Virus record (IMG/VR): IMGVR_UViG_3300034777_000158
Span: 1-46,538 of that record
Length of the DNA: 46,538 bases
Origin: a virus
Taxonomy: Duplodnaviria; Caudoviricetes
Direction: 5' to 3' (one strand)
The notes under the pieces are model-generated. The model ran no database searches. It saw only the letters and a program-made list of their open reading frames with translations, and was not told the DNA's origin. The translations under genes were made by a program, and so were the position numbers. This document shows, piece by piece, positions 26,899 through 38,200 of this stretch. The stretch's first letter is position 1. Every line of letters starts with the position of its first letter.

Positions 26899-28761
26899 CT
26901 AACTCACTACATACCAAACGTGTCCGTTAGGGAAACCGGAAGCACTCGTGGGTGCTGTTGTGACGACAGACTGTGTGCCGACTTTCTTTGTATCTGCCAA
27001 AGTCGTCGAGCCAGCGTATATATCTCCCTTGACTACAAGGGCAAGAGTTCCGGTTGTCGGGTACTGACTATTGCCAGACGCAGCGTCTAGGACTAGACCA
27101 TAACCAGCGACAGGTAACTCGCTATCAAATTCGTTGTGGTAAAGACTTACGCCTTGGTTGTTAGTCGTGGTGAAATTTATCTTTGGGAACGAGCCGGTGC
27201 TGCTATTAGTATCATATAAAGTTATTTCTGGGCTGGTCTTGTTTATTGCAAGATTACCAGTCAGCGTACCACCAGCCAGCGGGAGCTTAGTTGCAATACT
27301 GTTTGTTACGGTGGTCGAGAAGTTAGCATCATCGCCTAACGCAGCTGCTAATTCGTTCAGCGTGTCTAAGGTGCTAGGAGATGAATCGACAAGGTTGCTA
27401 ATCTGAGTTCCAACGTAAGACTCAGTGGCGTAGCCAGACAGAGACTGGTGGCTAGTTAAATACCCCCCACTCGAGTGGTCACCCCAGCCATAGGCTGTAT
27501 TCCAGTTAGCGGAGTTGTCAGTGAACGGCAAGGAATAGTTGTTCGCGCTTGCGGCTATGCCATCTAGTTTAGTCTTCAGCGTGGTGGTGAAGTTCTTCTG
27601 AGTTAAACCACCGTCTTCCACGGAGTAGGTGGTATCTGTAAACACAGCATTCCCTGGTACATCTGTTAGAACCTGGGAGTCGTCTACTTTACCGTCTAGG
27701 GCGGTTTGGAGTCCTGTTATAAAACTAATTGTGTGCGCAGAGGGATGACTATAGTTATTTGCACTTGTGGCAATGCTATCCAGTTTAGTCTTTAGCGTAG
27801 TCGTAAAGTTCTTCTGAGTTAAACCACCATCACCTACTGAGTAGGTGGTGTTTGTGTCGGTAGAACTGATGGTTCCGTCAGCAGCTATAGCTACATTAGT
27901 ACCAGCGGTTAATGCCGCTACTACATTTGCTGTATCAGTAACATCAGCGCTAGCCTCGATACCATCCAGTTTGGTTTTAAGCGTAGTCGTAAAGTTCTTC
28001 TGAGTTAAGCCACCATCTTCCACGGAGTAGGTGGTGTTCGTATCAGTTGAGCTAATTGTTCCGTTGGCCGCTATAGCCACGTTAGTACCGGCAGTTAACG
28101 CTGCGACCACATTTGCTGTATCAGTTACATCGGCGCTAGCCTCTACGCCATCCAGTTTAGTCTTTAGCGTTGCAGTGAAGTTCTTCTCAGTAAGCCCACC
28201 GTCCTCCACCGAGTAGGTGGTGTTGTTGTCAGTAAAAACTGCATTCGCTGGCACATCCGTCAGAACCTGGGAGTCGTCTACTTTACCGTCTAACGCAGTT
28301 TGAAGCCCTGTTATAAAACTAATTGCGTGCGCAGACGGATGGCTGTAGTTATTTGCACTAGCCTCGATACCGTCCAGTTTAGTCTTTAGCGTTGCAGTGA
28401 AGTTCTTCTCAGTAAGCCCACCGTCCTCCACCGAGTAGGTAGTGTCCGTATCAGTATCCGCCTGGGTGGCAACATCGTTTAAACCGCCAGCAGTCAAGCG
28501 ATTCTCAGCTTTGTCACCCGCAGCAAAAGAGATACCCGAAGTTCCGTCTTGCGCGCGGACAGCCGTCAGTGTATTCGAGCTTACCGAGGTGACTTTTAGT
28601 ATCTCCACACTACCGCTGACATTTTCCAGCGTCATGTAGAAGTATTCACTGCCTGTTATAGACGGAAATACAGAAGCGTCTGCTACAACAATTGATGTAG
28701 CAGAGCTCGATACTCCAGACGACAACGTGGTCTTGCCGTTGTTGGAAAACTTAACGGACAT
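26899..28761 (-). CDS. Tail fibre protein with modular repeats
   Basis: Five TTYSVEDGGLT.KNFT.TLKTKLD repeats; LVDSSPSTLDTLNELAAALGDDANF fibre motif. Confidence 0.8.
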   Translation of the reverse strand: MSVKFSNNGKTTLSSGVSSSATSIVVADASVFPSITGSEYFYMTLENVSGSVEILKVTSVSSNTLTAVRAQDGTSGISFAAGDKAENRLTAGGLNDVATQADTDTDTTYSVEDGGLTEKNFTATLKTKLDGIEASANNYSHPSAHAISFITGLQTALDGKVDDSQVLTDVPANAVFTDNNTTYSVEDGGLTEKNFTATLKTKLDGVEASADVTDTANVVAALTAGTNVAIAANGTISSTDTNTTYSVEDGGLTQKNFTTTLKTKLDGIEASADVTDTANVVAALTAGTNVAIAADGTISSTDTNTTYSVGDGGLTQKNFTTTLKTKLDSIATSANNYSHPSAHTISFITGLQTALDGKVDDSQVLTDVPGNAVFTDTTYSVEDGGLTQKNFTTTLKTKLDGIAASANNYSLPFTDNSANWNTAYGWGDHSSGGYLTSHQSLSGYATESYVGTQISNLVDSSPSTLDTLNELAAALGDDANFSTTVTNSIATKLPLAGGTLTGNLAINKTSPEITLYDTNSSTGSFPKINFTTTNNQGVSLYHNEFDSELPVAGYGLVLDAASGNSQYPTTGTLALVVKGDIYAGSTTLADTKKVGTQSVVTTAPTSASGFPNGHVWYVVS

Positions 28762-28774
28762 TTGTAACCTCTCT

Positions 28775-29200
28775 TTAAGAAGCGGTAATGGTCCAGGTAA
28801 TGGTCATGGCGTCGTTTGCGCCTTTGTTGACAACACTGAATACCGTTCTGCAAAGAAGGTCGCCGTTAGAGCTACCGTTCAAGATACCTGCTTCAGTTAA
28901 TGCACCAGTGCCAGTACCTTCGGCAAAAGTAGCAACGTAGGTGATTGTGTTGTTAGAAACAGTGCTTGAAGTTAAAGAAACGCGAGCGGCCTCTGAACCA
29001 AGTGTGGTGTTACCTGCTGCTGCAGCAGTACCTGAAGTACCAACAGCCATGTGGCTCATAGCGCCTTTGCTAGTATCTTTCATACGTGAAGTAACGTAAG
29101 CCTTGCCTGAAGTTACAACCAGGTTAGGGATCTCTTGGACCACTTCGCCGTTAATCGCGACGCTTACGTGGCCTGTTAATTTGAGTTCTGAAGTAAACAT
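28775..29200 (-). CDS. Virion structural protein (fibre-anchor type)
   Basis: NLVV..G, MAVGT, F..GTGTGALTEAGI, TITWTIT. Confidence 0.6.
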   Translation of the reverse strand: MFTSELKLTGHVSVAINGEVVQEIPNLVVTSGKAYVTSRMKDTSKGAMSHMAVGTSGTAAAAGNTTLGSEAARVSLTSSTVSNNTITYVATFAEGTGTGALTEAGILNGSSNGDLLCRTVFSVVNKGANDAMTITWTITAS

Positions 29201-29211
29201 GTTTTTTTCCT

Positions 29212-30849
29212 CTAGGAATTAAGGGTATAAGTGTTAAATGCTGAGGTATTCAGCGTTGACGAAGCGGTGTTAATAATTGAAAAGCTAAAATTCTCACTAA
29301 TAACAAAAGAGTCTTGTTCGGATTTACTAAGTGAGAATTCTTGGGTGTCGCTGATTGCAACTGCATCAGTCAGCTGTTTGGCGACAGAGAAATTTTGAAC
29401 GTCGTTAAAGCTAAAGACGTTAGCTTTGTTGGCTGCTGTGTCTTTAGCAAAAGCGTCGACAGTAGCTGCGTCGTCCAATGAAAACGAATCTGTAAACGCC
29501 CTGCTAAATGTCGCTGCGCGAGAAAATTGGTCTGATACAGAAATTGATTCACTCACTGGTTTTGAAGTAAGCAGCGATGCCGACTCACTAATCGCAATAG
29601 AGTCAGATTTGCTCAGCGCTAAGACAGCTGTCATAAGATCAGACAGTGATACCGTTTCTGCTACATTCTTGCTTACCAAAGATGTGGTTGAGTCAGAAAT
29701 CGCGTAGGTGTCGCTCGCTGGTTTTTGCGTATGTAAAGAGGCTGTCTCGATCAATTGAAGTGCATCGGACAGTTCTTTGCCTACCAGGAAGGCTTGCGTG
29801 TCAGTCAAGCCTACTATGTTTGACTTGATGGCTGCTGTGTCTTTAGTAAATGCATCGACGGTAGCAGCGTCGTCCAGAGTGAAGGTATCACCAAACGCCC
29901 TGACGTATGTGACTGCGCGAGCTAGCACCTCTGTCATAGAGACAGAGTCACTCTCAGCTTTCGAAGTGTTTAACGCAGCCGACTCAGAAATAGATATTGA
30001 GTCAGATTTCCCTAAGTCTGCTGCAACTGCTGCAATATCGCTGAAAGACACTGCTTCAGAAACGCCCTTATCAACCGAAGCAGACGTTGAGTCAGACAAC
30101 GCGTAAGAATCGCTCGCTGGTTTTTGCGTATGTAAAGAGGTCGTCTCGACTAGGGACAGCGCTTCAACAAACGCTTTGCTCATTGTAAATGCTTGCGTAT
30201 CGGTAAAGCTAAAGACATTCACTTTGTTAGAATCAGTATCTTTAGTAAACGCGTCAACCGTAGCTGCATCGTCTAGCGAGAATTGGTCTGAAAATGCTCT
30301 GGCGTACGTGACTGCGCGCGCCAACACATCTGAAATAGATACCGAGTCGCTCTCAGCTTTTGCGGTGCTCAGAGTAGCTAACTCAGTAATAGCGAATGAG
30401 TCACTCTTGGTAATGGCCAAAGCCATCTCTACTACTTCAGATAAAGAAACAGAGTCAGATACACTCTTATCAAAAGACAGAACAGTGACATCAGACAACG
30501 CATATGCATCATCTAGCGAGCGTTGTATTAATAGAGCAACGACTATCTCATCAGAAAAAGAGACGGCGTCTGCGAGTGCTTTCTGTACTTCCAGGATCTG
30601 ACTGTCAGAGAACGAGAACGCATCTAAGGTAGTCTTCTCGAACCCAACCGATAGTACTTCTGACAGGCTTATCGTGTCATCGCGTAGATATCTGTTTAGG
30701 CTATCTGGGTCCAAAGCGATCTGGGCGGCAACTACATCTTGCCAGCTGATATCACCCTCGATGAACTGATACGCGGATTCTGCGTCGATCTTTACAAAAG
30801 ACGCCTCCGACTTAATATCGAGGTAAGTGAAACCAGACTTTGTAGCCAT
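29212..30849 (-). CDS. Ser/Asp-rich 19-aa-repeat structural protein
   Basis: K..SDS.S.S. units with three higher-order copies of RAF.D.F.LDDAATVDAF.KDT. Confidence 0.65.
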   Translation of the reverse strand: MATKSGFTYLDIKSEASFVKIDAESAYQFIEGDISWQDVVAAQIALDPDSLNRYLRDDTISLSEVLSVGFEKTTLDAFSFSDSQILEVQKALADAVSFSDEIVVALLIQRSLDDAYALSDVTVLSFDKSVSDSVSLSEVVEMALAITKSDSFAITELATLSTAKAESDSVSISDVLARAVTYARAFSDQFSLDDAATVDAFTKDTDSNKVNVFSFTDTQAFTMSKAFVEALSLVETTSLHTQKPASDSYALSDSTSASVDKGVSEAVSFSDIAAVAADLGKSDSISISESAALNTSKAESDSVSMTEVLARAVTYVRAFGDTFTLDDAATVDAFTKDTAAIKSNIVGLTDTQAFLVGKELSDALQLIETASLHTQKPASDTYAISDSTTSLVSKNVAETVSLSDLMTAVLALSKSDSIAISESASLLTSKPVSESISVSDQFSRAATFSRAFTDSFSLDDAATVDAFAKDTAANKANVFSFNDVQNFSVAKQLTDAVAISDTQEFSLSKSEQDSFVISENFSFSIINTASSTLNTSAFNTYTLNS

Positions 30850-31223
30850 TAGTCGAAATCGCTCCGAACCTTAAACTTGATCAAGTCGTACACGGTCTGT
30901 ATGCCGCCGCCCGAGAAAGTGATTTCGATCTCACCCTCAAATGTACCGGCGGTATCTAACGTACCCGTAGGGAAGTCTGTTGCTACCTTGCCTGCGCTAC
31001 CATCAGTGATTGCACAGGTCAGAGTGCTTTTCACAGCAGTGCTGCCCAGCTCTCTCAGCCGGAGACGCACAGCGCCATCTGTCACATCTATAGGAGCCCA
31101 AGTAGAACTATCATTAGCGTCCAGTGTTTTCCCGCTCGCAGCAGACTGACTGTCCTTCAGCGTGAAGGTAAGCTCTGGCAGGGTGTCACCTGTAACTAAG
31201 TTAATTGTTTGCGAATACGCCAT
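30849..31223 (-). CDS. BppU-N-like structural protein
   Basis: GDT.P.L.FTL...G...GEIEITF..G.IQT. Confidence 0.6.
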   Translation of the reverse strand: MAYSQTINLVTGDTLPELTFTLKDSQSAASGKTLDANDSSTWAPIDVTDGAVRLRLRELGSTAVKSTLTCAITDGSAGKVATDFPTGTLDTAGTFEGEIEITFSGGGIQTVYDLIKFKVRSDFD

Positions 31224-31250
31224 CTTATGTACCTATAGGTCTCTTCATTA

Positions 31251-31267
31251 TATTAGCGTAACTAATA
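31251..31267. promoter_or_regulatory. Operator-like palindrome
   Basis: tattag cgtaa ctaata upstream of the fibre operon. Confidence 0.7.
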
Positions 31268-31279
31268 TAATACCAGTAA

Positions 31280-31627
31280 TTAATAGCACCAGAGGACAGG
31301 TGTTGTGTCTCTGATATCTACGTGGACAAAGCCTTTTGCGACGCCCACGCCTGTGAAATTAAGCTCAAGTGCTTTCTGGACGACAGCCTTACGCTGTGCG
31401 CCGCCTTGCACTGCTATGTCAGCGGCAATCCCGCGTGAATGAGTGCCAGGATTTTGCTTGGCTTTCTCTATGCTGTGGCCCTCGGGGCAGCGGTAACCGC
31501 TTGTTATATAGAAAGGGAAGCCACAAGCCTCACGTAACTCGTCTAGACGGTGTATAAACGCCTCTGACATTTCGTTGTTGCCAGTCTCTTGGCAGTCAAA
31601 ATCTGCTATCTTGAAATACTTAAACAT
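31280..31627 (-). CDS. Peptidase M15A endolysin
   Basis: ITSGYRC, H..G.AADI, FVHVDIR. Confidence 0.9.
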   Translation of the reverse strand: MFKYFKIADFDCQETGNNEMSEAFIHRLDELREACGFPFYITSGYRCPEGHSIEKAKQNPGTHSRGIAADIAVQGGAQRKAVVQKALELNFTGVGVAKGFVHVDIRDTTPVLWCY

Positions 31628-31629
31628 TC

Positions 31630-31911
31630 TTATTCCTTAAATATAAAAACAACTGCACCTAGCAAGGCCGCCCATATGGACGCCACAATACCCTGGCCTA
31701 CCTTTACGACCTGGCTATTAGTGGCTACCTGTTCGGTAACGTCTTCGATCTTTTTCTCGTGCTCATCGAGACGAAACTCGTGGCGCTTGAGGCGTGCATC
31801 AGTCCCTATCAGTTTCTCTTCAACGCGAGCTACGTTAGTTAGTACTTCAGTCAGCTTGTCGATCTTTACTTCAAGACGATCAAACCGGCGATTTGTTTCT
31901 GGGTCGGTCAT
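31630..31911 (-). CDS. Coiled-coil protein with C-terminal TM (lysis-associated)
   Basis: Start MTDPE is ATGA-coupled to the holin; C-terminal hydrophobic helix. Confidence 0.6.
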   Translation of the reverse strand: MTDPETNRRFDRLEVKIDKLTEVLTNVARVEEKLIGTDARLKRHEFRLDEHEKKIEDVTEQVATNSQVVKVGQGIVASIWAALLGAVVFIFKE

Positions 31912-32285
31912 TTGCGCATTCCCATAAGTTTCGATGCGCCCTTGATTCCAAATGAACTCGAGATCGCGATAAATAGAAGGTATTGGTACCATTCTGGTAG
32001 TTCGTTCAACGTGCTAAATGCTTGCTGAACGCGCTCAACGACTGTCATGTCATTGGCTATGATCGCGTAGCCAACCATAAATATTGGTATAGCTAATATT
32101 ATAGTCCAAAACTCATCTTTCCACGAGGTGGCAGACGCATCTACCATCTTGGCTTCCCAGTCAGCGTCGTTCTGAATGACATTCATCTTGGCTTCGTGTT
32201 TAGCCTGTTTCTCTTCAGCCTTGTTGCTCAGATAGGTCTTACCTAAATCTGCTACTGGGCCGAGTAGTGCTGTGAATATGCTCAT
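31908..32285 (-). CDS. Putative holin
   Basis: Hydrophobic helices, SWKDE, LPEWY, FG motifs; adjacent to the endolysin. Confidence 0.65.
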   Translation of the reverse strand: MSIFTALLGPVADLGKTYLSNKAEEKQAKHEAKMNVIQNDADWEAKMVDASATSWKDEFWTIILAIPIFMVGYAIIANDMTVVERVQQAFSTLNELPEWYQYLLFIAISSSFGIKGASKLMGMRK

Positions 32286-32294
32286 ATAATTCTC

Positions 32295-35200
32295 CTAGTA
32301 AACTAAGCTATAGCCAGGGATCAGACGGTCAGGCACGATCTCCCAACCTTCGCCTCGATACAGTCCCATACCAATATCATCAACAATAAAGCCTGCGGTA
32401 GGACCAAATAGAGAGATACCCGTGCCACCGTACTTCTCTGCATTTAAGGCGCTGCTGAATATGGACAGCGGTCCTTGGAAGCCAGCTCGGTCAAATATCT
32501 CAGATGTGTAGGTGCCAATGTCCATTCGATCTGACCTGAAGTAACGCGCGTCTGCGCTTACGCCAGGAAGTGCGCCAGCTATACCAGCTTTTGCAAGTTC
32601 ACGAAGTTCTAGCGAGAACATAGCCAGTGGCATGAATGCGGCAGCTGACAGCAGTCCCATCATTCCGATGCTGCTCATGGCTTGGAACTTAGTGTCTGAC
32701 TCGCCATAACGGGTAACCATCTCGCGTGCTATTCCACCCATGATTACTTTACCGAACGAGTAGAGGTAGCTTTTAAGAGCCCAAACAAGCGCGAACCGCG
32801 GGTCGTTACCATAGGCTGTTCGCTCTGCGGCATTCGGACGGAGCATTGAATTCTCTACAAACCTACGTAAAGCTGCTTTTACAGCTTCGCCTTCTGGTCC
32901 TTGGAAGTTGTAGTGCTCGCCTTCGACCTGATTGCTCTCCCACTTACGAACTGTTGCCGCATCAACTCCATGCATACTGAGATACCGCTCTGATCGAGGG
33001 TTCTTAGTATCTGGAGATGCATGGTTCTTGAGAAACTCAACCGCCATACCTGATGCAAACTCTCGTGTAAATCTAGTAAAGAAGTCGAGACCAATAGCCT
33101 TAAAGAACTTATCGGAGTATTTACGGACTCTGGGGTCAAGGTACTCATCATCCGCTTGCGTCAGGCCGAGGTTACCCATGGCCGTTGATACCGTAACGCC
33201 AATACTTCTGGCTAGCTGGACGCCTTGTTCCCGATTGTTTAACTGCTTTTTAATTGCTTCGAGAGACATCCCGAAACCATTAAACTCCCTAGTGTTCAAG
33301 ATTGCGCCACCCATCTCAGGTATGGAGCTAATTGTCGCTAGCGGCAGCAGAGTCACCCAGTTAAACAACTGGAAGTAGCTGTTTACTTTCTGGAGCTTTG
33401 GATTTAGAGGTGTCTTGGTATAACCAAGATATCGCTCGATCATGTCTGTGACTTTTTGTCGATCGGCAGCGTTCAACTTATTTAGTTCAGGCTCTAATAG
33501 ATCCTTACCATCGATGTTACGAGTGTGCCGCAAGAACTCATTACGTATTACTTGGTGGCGTACGTATCGAATCAACGCTACTTCAGGAGACTCAGTAAAC
33601 TTCCTGAGCGCTTGTGGAGGGACATTCTCAGTAAGTATTCTCGCCTCTTCAACAACCTTCAGCGGGTTGGTGGCATCAAACTCAATCTCACCATCTGCCA
33701 GGATGTGGGCGCGCTGGGCAACTAACCCATCGACAGTCTTTCGTATGCTCGCTTCGTTTGCCTCGGGGTTCCACTGAAGAATAGTTTGGATGAATTCTTC
33801 TGGCGCACCGTAGATACCTGCGAGGTCCAAAGCGATAGGCCAGTAGTTTTCTCGGAAACCAACCTCGTTGCCTGGAGACTGTGAGATGTAATCTTCATGT
33901 AGTTTGGTAAACCAGTCACGAAGTTCGCGTCCCTTACCTTCCATCGTCGCTGTTTCGGCATCGGAAGAAGCTAAGTCGAGAGCATCTCTTACTTCTTGAG
34001 TTTCCCAGTCTGTGCCAAGGATATCCTCGAGGTCGTTAAGCAGTTCATTACGCTTGTCATTCTTAGCATTCAAGAAACCTAAAGCGCTGCCCTTATTTGT
34101 GCTGCCTGCCTGTACGTAGAACATGTCAGCAATTTTAGGGCTGATGGCGCGCATCATATTGTCTTCAGCAAGAATCCACTTAGTCAGCTCGCGCGACTTG
34201 TTGCCGAACATTATCTTCTGGAAAAGGTTTGTGGATTTCTCAGCCCCTTCCTTCTGCTTATCAGACATCGCCGCTTCCATGTCGCGCACCAGTTTTTTGG
34301 TGTAGAAGGGTACGTTGCTGACAGAGCCGTCTCGTTCGCTGTTTCTTCTGTGCTTCTGGACAACGTTGTCCATGAAGTCGTCAAACTTAGGTGAAAATTC
34401 GTTATTGCTAAATCGCTTGCGCAGTTCGCCGCGTACGGCTTTCCACATCTGCTCTAGCTTGCCTGCTATCTTACCGAACGTGCGTTGAATGATTCCGCGA
34501 GGCTGTGCCCGCGCGTCTTTCCTGGCTAAATCTCGTTTAGACCATATAGCGACTTGATCAGCAAACCACTCTTCGAAAGCTAGATTCTCTTCGCCTCGAT
34601 ACGCCTCGGGAGCGTCTTTATCGGCTCTAGCCCTTTCGAAAGCTCTCCACATGTACTGACGAAGCATAGGGTTCTCAAGAATCCCGTCTTTCTCTTCTTG
34701 GAATAAAACGTGACCTAGCTCGTGAGAAGCAACCAAAGCCTGTTGTAGTTCGTTGCCTTTGGTGTTGTCTATCAAGATCATATGGGCATTACGGTAGCCC
34801 ATGTAGTGACCGAAGGCTGTTGGGCGACCCTTCATGCGCTCTGCCTGACGTTTTACATCAGCTATCACCGCTGGGTGATCAAACATCTCGCGCAGTTCTA
34901 CATCTGTCTTCGCCAATATTTCTTTGACGCCCATAATCGCGACAGGCTTGCTAGGACGTATAACGCGCATAGCACGGCCTATAGCCTGACTTACTGTGTC
35001 GCTCAACGCACCGACTGGGTAAGTAGCTGTTGCTGCACCTACCTTTTTACCTGCACCAGGCTGAGGTCTTGGGGCGCGGCGCGGTAGCGCACTTCTGCGA
35101 TCCATCTGGAATTTGGGGTTGCTCTCCAGGTTCAATGTTGTCATTGGCACGCCGTCATACAAGCGTTTGCCAGTGTCAGGATCTATGTTGTAGTCGCCTT

Positions 35201-38200
35201 GTTGGAGACCAGTTTCGTCGCCTGTCACAGCGTCTGGATCAGACTCAGACTTAGGCTCTAGCTGCATACCAACTTCTTCGACTTTTACGTTGTCGAAGCC
35301 AAACTCATTTTTTAGTCGGGCTGCGTATGCGTCTGCTTCTTCTGGGTTAAAGAAGGTTTTTTGTTCAGATTGCTCGTTGCTGAATTCTTGTTTGGCTCTA
35401 TCTTGCTCCATACGAAGACTGTCAGCGTTGTACTGAGCTATAGCCTGTTGTCTCCCCATCGATTCTTGCGCGTTACTAGCTGGACCTGACTGCGGAGCAG
35501 GAGCATCACCTGATTTAACTTGGGTAGATGAACCGCGAGTACCTTCGCTAGGCCTCAGTGATTTCCTAATATCCGTAAGTATGCGAGGGAATTCTTTTTT
35601 CCAGACGCCTCGGTCTTGGGTGTGTGTAATACCCGCTTGACCAGTGTCGGTTAGTGCTTTTGCGGCATCGGCGTTTTGTTCAAAAGACGCTTTCATTAAC
35701 TCTTCCATTAGAGTTATGTTGGCGTTGTCTTTTGTAACTGCCCGTGGTCCAGCAATCTTCTTACCAGTCGCGTCAGGCAAACGGTTGTAAGCGTCGTAAG
35801 TTTTCTGATCGAAACTACCACCTTTAAGGGTCTGATAGGCGTGCTCAACCGTCAGATAGTCGCGCTCTCCGTAGGCAAATGGGCGAGCCGCTAAGTTGCT
35901 AAGAGAGGCATTTTCACCAGAACCGTAGAAAACGTTGACGGGTGGCTCGCGCTTTATAGGCTGCTTAACTAGACGCTTGCCCGTAACAACATAGACTGGA
36001 CCTTTAGGCTTTAAGAATGCTTCTGCACTCCGGCCATCAGCTTTGGCACGAGCAGCCGCTTGCTTTGCGCTTCGCAGATCATCGTAGCGTTTGTACTCAG
36101 TCTTAAACTCGCCTTTAGTTTCATCGGGGTAAGTTAGTACGAAGGCTCGACTTCTAGATGTATCTTCACTGGGGGGTTGAAGCACTTCAGTAAGAGGTAT
36201 TTCTTCCCCATTAACCATAGCCCCCGTAGGATTTTCTTTGTCGTTTTTTGCCCCACGAGTAAAGGTCTCGCCTCCAGCCGTCATTGTTTCTGTTCGGGCA
36301 GGTATCTGAGGTCCTAACGGTCCGTTATTCACCCCGTAAAGAGATACGCCATTTACTAGAATGTCGTAGGCTGGGTCTATTTGTTTAAGTTCAGACAGGA
36401 ACTCAGGCAGACCCTTACGGGCCATCTGTTGCTGAGCGCCGCCCTGGAAAGTAAGGTCACCACGTTTTTGTAGTAATCGTCGTCCAGAGTCCGTCAGGTT
36501 TACTAGGTTAATAGGTGCTACTTCACCAGTAGGGAGCACGATCTCAGCACCTGACCCATCCGCAAATGTGCTGTTCATGGCTAACTTTAGCTCGTCTTCA
36601 ACGAACTCTTTGTTCGGAGCCTGTTCGTCGCGTTTAAAATCAGTACGGGTCAAGCGATACGCTGTAGGCTTACCAAGCAGGTCACGATCTACCTGTAAAT
36701 CTACGTCGCCGAACTCTTGTTTAGTCGAAGCGGCCTGACGCAAAAACGCTTCTGTCATATAAGCGTATGTAGGATCAGTGAAGTCTGTATCGCCAAATGC
36801 CTTTTCGTAGGCATCACGCGATTCTTCAGTGTTAGGAAATACTCTGGTCGGGTCTGCCTTTACTGCGTTCTCAGTTACTGGGTATTCTTGAGTGGCTTCT
36901 TGATAACCTTCAGCTTGGAAGAACTCCGATATCTGCTCGTCGGTAGCGCCATCGGTCGTACTCGGGTCGATATACTGTTCGTCCCGTTGCGGTCCAAACA
37001 TAGTCGAGAGAATGCCATCGCGTACTGACTGATTGCCTGCGACGTATCTTGTAGCAAGGTTTTGGATACGCTGGTCGTTAGGGTTTTTCGCAGCAAGACT
37101 CTCAAACGCAGTTGCTGCCTTTTCGCGGAACTGAGCCTGGAGTGTTATTTTTTTATCACCAGTCTCCATATCGCGCTTTACAGGTTCTTCGGGACCCCCA
37201 TAATTGTCGTAGTAGTCCATCTGCAGCTGAGAAAACTCATCTTGGTCCTTTACTGACTCGATGTCTGCGCGTTCTTCTGTTGTAGGTTCGTACGGTGCGT
37301 TCTCGCTAGGCGGGGGTTGATTACCTTCTTCTTCTATCTCGTCAGCTATGCGTTGTTCTTGAGAGTCCTCAACACGCTGCTTCGCCTGATCAAAGATAGA
37401 ATTAGCAGCTTTAGCTGAGCCAGCCATAGCACCGCCAGCACCACCAGCGATCTTACCTGCAACGCCGCCCTGGAACGCCGCTTGCGCGATACGCATGTAG
37501 CCATCTTCGAACTCGAAGTTGGGGTCCATGTCAGCACGGTTAAGTACAGATATAGTCTCTTGACCGGCTTCTGTAATTGCCTCTGTTGCGAAGCCTTTAC
37601 CAGCGCCAGCCAGTGTTTCTTTCAGCAGAGTACTAAGGATGCCGTCGCTCGCATCTGCGGTCTTAGCAGCAACCTTAGAGAAGTTTTTAAGCATTGCAGC
37701 AGGTGACGCAAGCTCTAATGCGGCCTGTGGTGCTGCAACAAACAGCGACCGTATTGCCAGGTCTGTGTCTACCTCTCTACCAGACTCAATACCTTCTGAC
37801 AGGTTCTCACCGGACAGCGGTACAAAACCAGCGGCAAGACCGCCAGCAATAGCGCCGCTCTTAAAGTTGAGGTTCTTCAGACCACCATAGATACCTTCAA
37901 CCAACTCTCGCTCGGCAGCATCAGCTGTACCGTCTGCGACTTTATCGGCTGAGTTCTTAATAACTTTTTTGACAGCCGCTTTGCGACCTACGTCGATGAC
38001 GCCTCTGCCCAACATGCCCGTGAGCATCGCTGTGCCGCCGGTTGCGATGGATGCAGTAATAGTTGTTGCGAGGGAAGGGATGCCTTGACCGCCAGCGATC
38101 ATGAACTGCTCTATGCCAGACTCAAACGTAGGTGCTTCTAAGAAACCCTCGAACGTCTGTAGCCCAGACAATGCGTCAGCAGCTTCTCTATCATGCCGCT

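Noticed and set aside
13253-28761. Diversity-generating retroelement acting on fibres
   Set aside because: No reverse transcriptase in the window and no adenine-specific TR/VR pair seen
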